Shown here one piece after another: positions 27,101-34,602 of a DNA stretch of 64,000 nt; the first letter of the stretch is position 1; each line of letters begins with the position of its first letter. The DNA lies in assembly GCF_047607245.1 (NCBI RefSeq), contig NZ_JASGDK010000070.1, positions 11,610-75,609 on the forward strand. The letters run 5' to 3'. The stretch comes from Desulfovibrio sp. (GTDB taxonomy: Bacteria > Desulfobacterota > Desulfovibrionia > Desulfovibrionales > Desulfovibrionaceae). The position numbers were made by a program, and so were the translations under genes. Under the pieces are notes generated by a model. It ran no database searches. It worked only from the letters and a program-made list of their open reading frames with translations, and had not been told where the DNA came from.

Positions 27101-28528
27101 TTTGTGCCTGCCGCACGTTCCGAAAAAGGAGAAAAGGAAACCGGCCCGGCACTTTCAGCCGCCGCCTTTGCCTCCGCAGACATGCCCGAGTTGCTGAGCG
27201 CGGCCATGCGAGTCACCGTGCCGCACGGGCTGCGCTATGCCTGCCTGTGCAGTCTGCTGCAACCCACGGCTGAAAACCTGCGCGGCGATGGCCCGCTGGA
27301 AAAGCGCCTTGAGGAACTGGGGCAGGAAGCTGGCGTTGCCACCCGCGCCATCCGGCTTCTGGAAAAAAATCTTCGCGCAGGACTTAACGACTGGGGCGAT
27401 ATGCTGGCCCGTGAACTTTTACGCGGCACCGCCTGCCAGGTGCTGTGGGTACGGCCCACGGCCCTGCCCGCTTTTGCAGCGCCCGCTGACCAGGCAGACA
27501 GCTGCTCCCACGCATCTGCTGCGCAAGAGAAGAAGGGGCAAGGGCTCATCATCACGGAAAAACCGCGCTTCTATCCCCTGGTTTTTTCCGATCCGTATCC
27601 GCCTTACCGGGCCACTTCCACGCTTTTTCAGGGCTGCTGCCATTACTCGCGGTTTGCCGATACCGATCTGGCCCTTCATGGCGGCCAACCTTGTAATACC
27701 CTTGACGGTACGCCCTGGTTACCTCCAAGCCGTGCCCTGGCGGCCTTGCTTGAAGCCTCAAGCTTATGGCTTCCCTGGCTAACAGCCACTGGTTTTTCAG
27801 ACCTGCGGTTTTATGATCTTCCCCAGCTGCCGCCCGGCATCACCCGCGAATGCAGGGTCGCTATGGAGGCAGAGCCCTGGCTCATGCAGGACGGCGTAAT
27901 GACGCGCCAGTGCCGCGGCACTCTGGACGTACGCGGACTTTCAGCCAATGGCAGACATCTTGAGCGCTATGCGCCCGTGGCTGAAGGCATGACCATTCTG
28001 GCCGCGGCCAACGGGCAGGTGCCGCCCCTGTGGCCTGATGAAAATGAACCCCCGCGTGCGGAACAAATTCAACAGACCTTAGATACCGATCTTTTTTATA
28101 ATTCTGTAGGCTTTGGCGCGCCCTGGCGCATGCTACGCGAGTTTACCGTTCTGCCTAATCACAGATATGCCGCGCTGTTGGACCATTCGCATACAAGCAT
28201 TGCCCCCGAGGGCAATAAAGGCTATACTGACGTACTGCATGTGGTGGAGGGAATGGCGCAGGCCGCGTGGATGGCAATTGCCCAGGAAGCCGGAGAGGCA
28301 GAGGCGATTGCCGCTGTCATACGAAACTGGCATCTGCAGGCTGCGGGATTCATACGTTTTGGGGGCGAAAGAGGCAAAGGACCGTGGCTCATAAGGATGA
28401 GACGTTCTTGGTCTGCCCCAAATCTGTTGCGCTTTGACGGCCAGGCCGTTGACGAACGCGGACGCGTCTTTCTTACTCTCCATCATCTAGAGTTTAACCG
28501 GCGGGACACCGGAGCCGCCGCGCTTTAG
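24143..28528 (+). CDS. Multidomain PKS-like protein without ketosynthase: unknown N-domain, acyltransferase (AT), carrier-protein-like domain, unknown middle region, double-hotdog dehydratase-like domain
   Basis: AT: GMGSVWPGMG...GHSLGE (Ser codon 25436-25438)...LAFHHP. ACP-like: LDLRYDLALRSSRFPLIIQEVE (26492-26494). DH-like: LALHGGQPCNTLDGTPWLPPS and YTDVLHVVEGMAQ. The start is uncertain: ATG 24143 is preferred, and the track's GTG 23960 adds a basic, non-protein-like leader. Confidence 0.8.
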   Translation: MQQDPAPAYGTSHGKPCATDNAVLQDGLLVVSPPCAILSCPAPENPASAESRASSGEICAQALVRQCLDWLKLTGNPGPVMLWLCWNESSTPAHLAQSLSLAAEGLQNLWRIGPVRLQFESFRPGQIHEAEKVLRAALDQGTDAAKSIYPCMTNEAARPDTMGVSMPQCPNYYNSDANRALGDEEPMRPQAGRVPTILLLDFLADKTPNLQCQPLLLSLPAPTPPCCDMLKCRKNPQQVTEEPRPETAPALWQPCNLAAEAKHIQATATDTTKMPDYQNLPEELILDGVRYADLPQDGIMWRMGTTNPLWRQDLLSLPHNPDAAALASLEGRGIWLAPKTDAPPLAVMCCGMGSVWPGMGRELYDNFPVARAAMDRIAAVADWDILGLMDEKDVEKVSPTRWQSPYTFMLEFAQWSILSSLGLQPSLFCGHSLGELIALCFSGIYTPEVAWHILDTRAIHMAELEAAATREMGMMAVHANAEIIDEACAAWPALYVSNYNTPQQFILSGPREVLMEARKSLRKRRIPAIVLNLNLAFHHPSMRVLRDLSLRRLNALEMRAPRHPMLSGTTTDFYPDDQPSICLQIADLDENSVRWTECVHTTWRRDGIRHFLELGPQDTLCSLVSDTEPRALCLPAGRKGKEVEGMRQTCARLYALGHLRKNSIRTRIADVRGGKDAAAAARMPLPHCGLVPVDSPDCGAGCGTCSTSSCGITATETSPVKTDAVVSAPVSGADAASAPVKATASVSSAAALRVVLDVLARACGRPVEELRPDLDLRYDLALRSSRFPLIIQEVEKALDITVNFEDLLQVSTVGDLARVLGAVNFGETADSEKSGAASQVAARQTALVHACAPLCRFSPMRGSAQSEHTAKAGSGGATHALLPLPLDPCGQGLPIRRGDILALLFFEPDLLPALMSGLAPLGCVLAVPRAQVEACAPLAKAGSRIVPLNIDLHAPRNAAEARSLAEDTSAALSDLAKKEGKVDGLLFVPAARSEKGEKETGPALSAAAFASADMPELLSAAMRVTVPHGLRYACLCSLLQPTAENLRGDGPLEKRLEELGQEAGVATRAIRLLEKNLRAGLNDWGDMLARELLRGTACQVLWVRPTALPAFAAPADQADSCSHASAAQEKKGQGLIITEKPRFYPLVFSDPYPPYRATSTLFQGCCHYSRFADTDLALHGGQPCNTLDGTPWLPPSRALAALLEASSLWLPWLTATGFSDLRFYDLPQLPPGITRECRVAMEAEPWLMQDGVMTRQCRGTLDVRGLSANGRHLERYAPVAEGMTILAAANGQVPPLWPDENEPPRAEQIQQTLDTDLFYNSVGFGAPWRMLREFTVLPNHRYAALLDHSHTSIAPEGNKGYTDVLHVVEGMAQAAWMAIAQEAGEAEAIAAVIRNWHLQAAGFIRFGGERGKGPWLIRMRRSWSAPNLLRFDGQAVDERGRVFLTLHHLEFNRRDTGAAAL

Positions 28529-28596
28529 CGCGTCTCCGCCACAGTGACAGTGACTATACCAACGCGCAAAGTGCGCGACATTGTAAAGGGTGCCTG

Positions 28597-30063
28597 ATGC
28601 CGCATAACACACGTCCTCTCTTTTCAGCGCGGTCATATCTGCCGCTGCTGCTCGTTATGACCCTGTTTTTCTCAGCATGCGCCTCAAACAAGGCGGGACT
28701 GAAATCTCCGGAACTTCCGGCCAAGCACTGGCTGGAAGAGGCACCCGGCGTTCCGGTAGAAAACAAGGCCAAACTTGAAGCGGCAGTGCCCAACCTGTAT
28801 GATCCCAGCAAGGTTTTCACCTACGAGGACTGCGTCTTTCTGACCATTCAGCAGTCGCCCCTTCTGGTCAACAGCGCGGTAGATCTGGAGATCAAGCGCG
28901 TAGCCCTTACCGACGCCGTGTGGAAGTACCTGCCCGAGCCCCGTATGACCATGCAGGTCACCAACAACCTTACGCGCAACAACATGGACCACAAGGACAC
29001 CCCTGGCGACTACGGGCGTACCAAGTTCACCGTGGGTTTCTATGCGGCCTTCCCCAATCCTGTGGCCACCTATTTTGAGCACCAGGTGCAAAAGGCAATG
29101 GTCAATCTGGCCATCTCCACGCACCGCAAGGCTGTGGGCGAAGCCATCTACAAGATCGCCCAGGCCTATCTGCAGCTGCAGGCGCAGAAAAAAATCGTCA
29201 AGGTTCAAAAAGAACTGCTGCCCATCGGCAAAGAACTCATAGCCTACTGGCAGCAGGTGGAGTCCGTAGACGGCCGCCAGGGGGTTTCCCTCAACTTGGC
29301 CATGCAGCACCAGCGTGAGCTTGAGCTGATGGTAGAGCAGACCAAGATGAAGGAAGTCATGCAGCTCACCCAGCTGAAAATACTCGCGGGTGTGGACCCG
29401 CAGCACAAGCTGGACGTAGACACGTCAAGCGCTGACGAAATTCTGAAAGGCTTCAATGGCCGCAGCCTCAAGTGGGACGACCGCTGGAATACCACTGAAG
29501 ACGATTTGCTTTTGCGCGGCCAGATCAAGCTGGGTGACTACAATATCATGGTCGCCTGGGCTCAGTATCTTCCAAACATGAGCATCGCCGTCAACAACAG
29601 CCCGCCAGCGGGCCAGTACCAGCCTGCCAGCGGCAGTGAAGACACCTTCCTGCATCTGAACTTTGACTTTCCCCTGCTGGACTGGGGACGCCGTTACCGT
29701 GGCGTGCAGACGGCACGCATGATGAAGGCGCAGGCTTTCCACGAAATGGCCCGCAAGCGCACAGATTATTCCAACAAGTGGCTGCAGGCGGAACAGAACG
29801 TGGCACTGGCTGAAACCGAGCTCAAAATCGCGAAAACGCGTTTTGACACTGCGGCCATGCAGTACAAGGAAGCCCACATTTCCTTCAACGAAGGCATTGC
29901 GGATCTGCCCAACGTAGCCGACAGGCAGGAAGCTATGGTGCAGGCCCAGATCGCTTTTATTCGGGCAGAACTGACCTGTGAACTGGCTCAGCTTGAATGG
30001 ATGTACATTTCCACCTCGCTTCAAGAACGTTTCCTCGGCATGCCCGCCAAGGAGGTGCTGTAA
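28597..30063 (+). CDS. Outer-membrane efflux protein (TolC/OprM-like) lipoprotein
   Basis: Signal peptide and lipobox (LLLVMTLFFSAC). Size and repeated helical/beta layout fit outer-membrane factor proteins, with long heptad-rich stretches. Confidence 0.7.
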   Translation: MPHNTRPLFSARSYLPLLLVMTLFFSACASNKAGLKSPELPAKHWLEEAPGVPVENKAKLEAAVPNLYDPSKVFTYEDCVFLTIQQSPLLVNSAVDLEIKRVALTDAVWKYLPEPRMTMQVTNNLTRNNMDHKDTPGDYGRTKFTVGFYAAFPNPVATYFEHQVQKAMVNLAISTHRKAVGEAIYKIAQAYLQLQAQKKIVKVQKELLPIGKELIAYWQQVESVDGRQGVSLNLAMQHQRELELMVEQTKMKEVMQLTQLKILAGVDPQHKLDVDTSSADEILKGFNGRSLKWDDRWNTTEDDLLLRGQIKLGDYNIMVAWAQYLPNMSIAVNNSPPAGQYQPASGSEDTFLHLNFDFPLLDWGRRYRGVQTARMMKAQAFHEMARKRTDYSNKWLQAEQNVALAETELKIAKTRFDTAAMQYKEAHISFNEGIADLPNVADRQEAMVQAQIAFIRAELTCELAQLEWMYISTSLQERFLGMPAKEVL

Positions 30064-31010
30064 TGGCGCCCTATTCACGCATCGCCTCTTCGGCCCGCAA
30101 GTGCGCGCTAGGCATTGCCGTGGCATTTCTGGCCAGTCTGACTCTTGCCACCGCTGGCTTTGCGGCCGACAGCGGAAAAATTGGCGTGACCATTCTTACA
30201 GGCAAAGTCGTGACGACAGTCACCCGGGCCGTGCCCATGCCCTTTAGCGGCGTGGTGGACTCAGTACTGGTCAAACCCGGCGAAGCAGTTGAAGAAGGCG
30301 CGCCTCTCATGCGCTACCACCTATACGAAGATGCGGAACGCGCCCTGCAACGGGAAGTCATGCAAGGCCCCAGCACAGAAGGCCTCAACGGGCAGGTGCT
30401 GGACCTTGAGCGCAGACTTGCTGAAACCATTGCCCAGCGTAACAAGGCCCGTCAGCTTGCAGCTTCGGGCCTGGGCTCGCGTCAGGCTTCCGGACGTCTT
30501 GAAGAAGACGTGAGCTCCCTGCAACGCCGCATTGAGCTCACGCGTACTACCATAAAGAAAGCTGAAAACAGCTTTGCCATCCGCCTCAAGGAACTGAGCA
30601 GCTATTTCGGACAGGAAATCAAGGAAGGGGAAATTCTGCCAGAAACCCTGACCCTGACCTCGCCTCTCAAGGGCTATGTGCTATCGCTGGATGCCACGCT
30701 CAACCCCGACACTCTGCTTCCGGCGGGCAGCGTTCCCATCAGAGTGGGGCAGCTTGACCCTGTGCTTATTCAGGTGCCCGTCTACGAAGCCGAAGTCAGC
30801 GGCATCAGCGAGGGCGACAAGGTTGCGGTAGAAATCCCCTCTCTCAACAACAAGGTCTTTACGGGCAAGGTTACAGAAATATCTTGGGTTTCCAGCGATA
30901 TGAGCGTGTCCAACCCTTCCTACTACACTGTGGAAATCACCGTGCCCAACCCGGATCTGGAGCTTAAACCCGGCTTCAAGGCTGTTGTGCGTTTCGGGGG
31001 CGGCAGGTAA
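30063..31010 (+). CDS. Periplasmic adaptor / membrane-fusion protein (HlyD family)
   Basis: The start overlaps the upstream stop (TAATG). N-terminal anchor/signal, a split lipoyl-like domain (GVVDSVLVKPGEAVEEGAPLM ... LTSPLKGYVLSL), a central coiled coil and a C-terminal beta-barrel (GFKAVVRF). Confidence 0.75.
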   Translation: MAPYSRIASSARKCALGIAVAFLASLTLATAGFAADSGKIGVTILTGKVVTTVTRAVPMPFSGVVDSVLVKPGEAVEEGAPLMRYHLYEDAERALQREVMQGPSTEGLNGQVLDLERRLAETIAQRNKARQLAASGLGSRQASGRLEEDVSSLQRRIELTRTTIKKAENSFAIRLKELSSYFGQEIKEGEILPETLTLTSPLKGYVLSLDATLNPDTLLPAGSVPIRVGQLDPVLIQVPVYEAEVSGISEGDKVAVEIPSLNNKVFTGKVTEISWVSSDMSVSNPSYYTVEITVPNPDLELKPGFKAVVRFGGGR

Positions 31011-31019
31011 AGCCCCCGC

Positions 31020-32435
31020 ATGAAGCTCAAGAGCATTCCCCGCAGGCTCGGTTACATTCTAGGCGCGCAGTGGACGCGCGACCTGGCCTGGACAGCCTTT
31101 ACCATTCTGCTTGCCCGCCGCAGCCCGGATATTATGGGGCAGGTGGTCTTGGCCCTCACTTTCGGCTATCTGGTTAAGACCATTGCTGATGTGGGTCTCA
31201 ATGATTTTCTGTTGTCTACCTTTGCCAGGCGGGAAGGCCGGCCACGGGCTTTGCTGGGCGAAGTAACATGGCTCAAGCTTACCGTGCTGGTGCTGGCTCT
31301 GGCTGTAACATGGCTGGTAACCGGATGGCAGAATTACAGCCCTGAGCTGCGCCTTATCGTGCTGTGTATTGCCGCAGGGCTTGGCCTTGACGGGGTGAGT
31401 GACTCATTTTTCGCGCTATGCCAGGCTCGAGGCCGACAGGATGTGGAAATGCGCATCCGGGTGCCCTCTGCCCTCATCGGCATAGGCTTCGGTATCGCCT
31501 GCGTAGTTATGGGCGCGCCGCCCATTATCATCGCACTTTACAAACCCATTGAATCTATACTGTGCATCATTTTTGCCCTCACAGCGCTTGGCCGCAACCC
31601 GCTGGCGGGTGTTGGCCGATCTGGCATGCTCGATCTGGCGCGGCAAATGAAGCATGGCCTTATCTTTACCTGCATGGCCGCCTGCGCCATGTTCTACAAC
31701 AAAATCAACGTCATTTTTCTCAAGCAGTACGGCGGCAACGCCGATGTGGGCGGGTACGGAGTAGCCTGGGAGACCGTGGAAGGGCTTTCGGTTCTGGTAT
31801 CAAGCGCACTTCTGGGCAAGGTTATTTTTCCTCTGCTGGCAAAATTCTGGCAGCAGGATAAAAATGCCTTCCGGCAGCTTGCTGGCCAGACTGCCCGGTC
31901 TTTGTGGGCCGCCTCCTTGCCCATCATCTTTCTCATTTGTGTGGAAAGTGACCGGTTTCTGCCTTTTATTTACGGCCCAAGCTATGAGAGCGCCGTTCGG
32001 GCGCAGCAATTGCTGACGCCTTGCCTGGCTACTGCCTTTCTGCACAACCTTGCAGCCTATGCTATGATAGGCATGCGCCGCCATCGCCTTCTGCTGCTTT
32101 TCTACGTCAGCGGGCTTATTCTTAATATTATCTGCTGCCTGACGCTTATCCCGGCCATGCCTCTTGAAGGTGCGGCGCTGTCTCTTACCATCACCAAGGT
32201 TTGGGTTGCCATCCTTACTGTGGGCTTTTTTCAGTGGACAACCCGCCCGATGAGTGCGGCACAATGGCTGCTCATGCTGGCTACCGCTGGAGTAAGCATT
32301 GCGTTGTGGTGGGGCACAGGCAAAGTTGCCCCTCGTGAAGTTGCTGAAGGCGTGGGGCTTCTTCCTCTGCTGGCCTTGTTCTGGTGGTGGCGGCCTCCCC
32401 CGCCATTTGAAAAAAAGACGCCGCAAGCTCAATAG
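31020..32435 (+). CDS. MOP-superfamily flippase (Wzx / polysaccharide biosynthesis protein-like, ~12 or more TM)
   Basis: A polytopic membrane protein of 471 aa whose N-terminal region (GAQWTRDLAWTAFTILLARRSPDIMGQV) resembles oligosaccharide flippases. It starts 9 nt after the adaptor stop. Confidence 0.7.
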   Translation: MKLKSIPRRLGYILGAQWTRDLAWTAFTILLARRSPDIMGQVVLALTFGYLVKTIADVGLNDFLLSTFARREGRPRALLGEVTWLKLTVLVLALAVTWLVTGWQNYSPELRLIVLCIAAGLGLDGVSDSFFALCQARGRQDVEMRIRVPSALIGIGFGIACVVMGAPPIIIALYKPIESILCIIFALTALGRNPLAGVGRSGMLDLARQMKHGLIFTCMAACAMFYNKINVIFLKQYGGNADVGGYGVAWETVEGLSVLVSSALLGKVIFPLLAKFWQQDKNAFRQLAGQTARSLWAASLPIIFLICVESDRFLPFIYGPSYESAVRAQQLLTPCLATAFLHNLAAYAMIGMRRHRLLLLFYVSGLILNIICCLTLIPAMPLEGAALSLTITKVWVAILTVGFFQWTTRPMSAAQWLLMLATAGVSIALWWGTGKVAPREVAEGVGLLPLLALFWWWRPPPPFEKKTPQAQ

Positions 32436-33523
32436 TGAAGACGCAACTCTTCTGAATTGACCCTGTCTTGCTGCCCAATCATCTCAGTGAATTGTGGCTT
32501 CTGGGTCACCGTTTTCAGTATAAATACCATAAGCACCCCTGCGAATATCACCCTTCTTCGCTCAAGGCGAAACTGACTTGTTTTCAGCCTGAACCCAGAG
32601 CAGAGTCGCCTCACTGGCCTTTCGTAGCTCTTTTTTCCAAGGTCTCCGCAGACCAGATACCATTTCGGTGTTGAATTATTCTGGCTTGCGTCTGCAGTTT
32701 TGGAAAATAGTGCGGACTACCGTTGGAATGCTTCACCGTTCAAAACTATCATTCTGCCCAAAATGCAGTTTTGCCAAAATCCATTTACCATTGCAGCACG
32801 CTGTACACTCGTTCCACGTCAGAGCCTTTGACCATTTTCAAAGTTAACATTGCTCTAGACCCATCCGGATTGTTGTCTACCGTGAAAAATCTTCGGTGAC
32901 ATTGCCGCACGATTTTTTAGATGCAGATGCAGTGCCTACTTCTGCCGCCGTGCCCGGCCTCAGGCGATCTATCTCTCTAATTCTAATGCAACGCAGGAAT
33001 AAATGATGGCGTTTCGCGGCGCGCTGGGAAACCACTGAGCGAAGTTAGGAAGCTCCCGAAGCTAAAGCCACGCAGCACTTGTTGAACCGCGGAATATGGA
33101 GATCCAGTGGGAGTGCAGGAGAGCTCGGAAGGGCACTGCCCCCAACAGGCCCTTATGCCGCACGCCGCGCAGGTGGATAAAGTGGCACTAATAAAAACAG
33201 AAGACATTGAAAGTGTTACCACTCGGCAAGAAATTGCTTCGACCGTCACTACACAGACGTAAAGCGTTGCAGCGCAGTAAACTAAGCTTGGCTTAAGTCG
33301 ATGCCGCATAGGCTTAACACTCTGCAATATTACCAAACTGCACTCAACCCGCATACATAAGAACACAGCCTGTTCCACGCAGTCCCCACTGTATTCGGTA
33401 GGCTCACGTTCTCGTCACCGGCTGACAGCCAGGCGACCTCCAAAGACAACAAAAAATCCATAATTACGCCAGCATTTCAAAGTGATACCGCGCTTGCCCT
33501 TCTGTCATATTCCGGTCTTGGCA

Positions 33524-33553
33524 TTGACGAGGGTAATTAGCTGCGCGTAGCAT
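33524..33553 (+). promoter_or_regulatory. Candidate sigma70-type promoter for the FeS/membrane pair
   Basis: TTGACG (33524-33529), an 18-nt spacer, then TAGCAT (33548-33553), about 50 nt upstream of ATG 33604. This is a pattern match only. Confidence 0.3.
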
Positions 33554-33603
33554 ACAAAATCAGCTTGCCTCAGTATGGGGCACAATCGTGCACAAGGATT
33601 TTC

Positions 33604-34602
33604 ATGGCAAAAGACCTTTTCTTACAACGTAGACGCTTTCTTAAAGGTCTGACTTCTGCCGGAACGGCTGCCGGTGTGGGTCTGGCAGGTCTGAATCCCG
33701 CCCAGGCCATGTCTTTGCGCTTGTCCACAGGGGGCACCGACTGCTGCACAATCATCGATGTCGATCGTTGCACTGGCTGTGGTGCGTGCGTATCCGCCTG
33801 CCGATCCCGTAACCTTTCGCGCCTGCCATTGCCCCAAAAACCCATTCCAGAGCCAACCCCATCATGGATTCCCATCAGCGACTGGTCAGAGCGCAGGCAG
33901 GTAACGAACCGCCTGACGCCGTACAACTGGATTTACATCCAGAGCTGCACTCTGCCTGCCCCTAGCGGGTCACGCCGGGTTTTCATGCCGCGCCGTTGCC
34001 TGCATTGCCTCAACCCGCAATGCGTAAGCCTGTGCCCTTCAGGGGCAGCTCGCCAAAGTTCGCAGGGGGCTGCATATATTGATGAAAATATCTGTTTTGG
34101 CGACGGCCCCTGCCAGAGGGCTTGCCCCTGGTTGATACCCCAGCGCCAGTCAGGTGTTGGACCCTACCTTAAATTTGCCCCTCGCTATATAGGGTATGGC
34201 CTGGTTTTCAAGTGCGACTATTGCCACGAGCTTTTGGCACAAGGCCAGCCCCCAGCCTGTGTTGCAGCCTGCCCAGCCAAAGCCCAATATTTTGGCATCC
34301 GAGACGACATGATTGCCCAGGCGCAGGAAATGGCGCACCAAAGAAACGGAGAAATTTTTGGGCTCAGGGAAAATGGGGGCACCAATACCCTTTACGTTTC
34401 ATCAATTCCCTTTCGCGACATTGAGGCCGCCATGCTGCAACAGGAACAGGTAGGATTTGGCAAACCGAGCTTACGCCCGGCTGGAGCCAGCATGGAAAAA
34501 GAAAACAGCCTGGTCGACATAGTGCTGGCGGCACCACTGGCGGGGGTGGCATTGGCTTCTTTGCGTCTATGGCGCAACTGGCTAAAGGCCCGTAAATCAT
34601 GA
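33604..34602 (+). CDS. Tat-exported four-cluster [4Fe-4S] ferredoxin-type subunit with C-terminal membrane anchor (HybA/FdnH/NrfC-like)
   Basis: Twin-arginine signal QRRRFLKG, four Cys clusters (CTGCGACVSAC; CLHCLNPQCVSLCP; CFGDGPCQRACP; CDYCHELL...CVAACP) and a C-terminal hydrophobic helix. AAGGA RBS before ATG 33604. Confidence 0.8.
   Translation: MAKDLFLQRRRFLKGLTSAGTAAGVGLAGLNPAQAMSLRLSTGGTDCCTIIDVDRCTGCGACVSACRSRNLSRLPLPQKPIPEPTPSWIPISDWSERRQVTNRLTPYNWIYIQSCTLPAPSGSRRVFMPRRCLHCLNPQCVSLCPSGAARQSSQGAAYIDENICFGDGPCQRACPWLIPQRQSGVGPYLKFAPRYIGYGLVFKCDYCHELLAQGQPPACVAACPAKAQYFGIRDDMIAQAQEMAHQRNGEIFGLRENGGTNTLYVSSIPFRDIEAAMLQQEQVGFGKPSLRPAGASMEKENSLVDIVLAAPLAGVALASLRLWRNWLKARKS

Noticed and set aside
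32983-33378. 131-aa minus-strand ORF, and the 68-aa plus-strand ORF at 32468-32674, in the gap after the flippase.
   Set aside because: Their composition is Cys/Ser/Val-rich and not protein-like. They have no RBS, and they lie in AT-richer DNA where random ORFs are less constrained.
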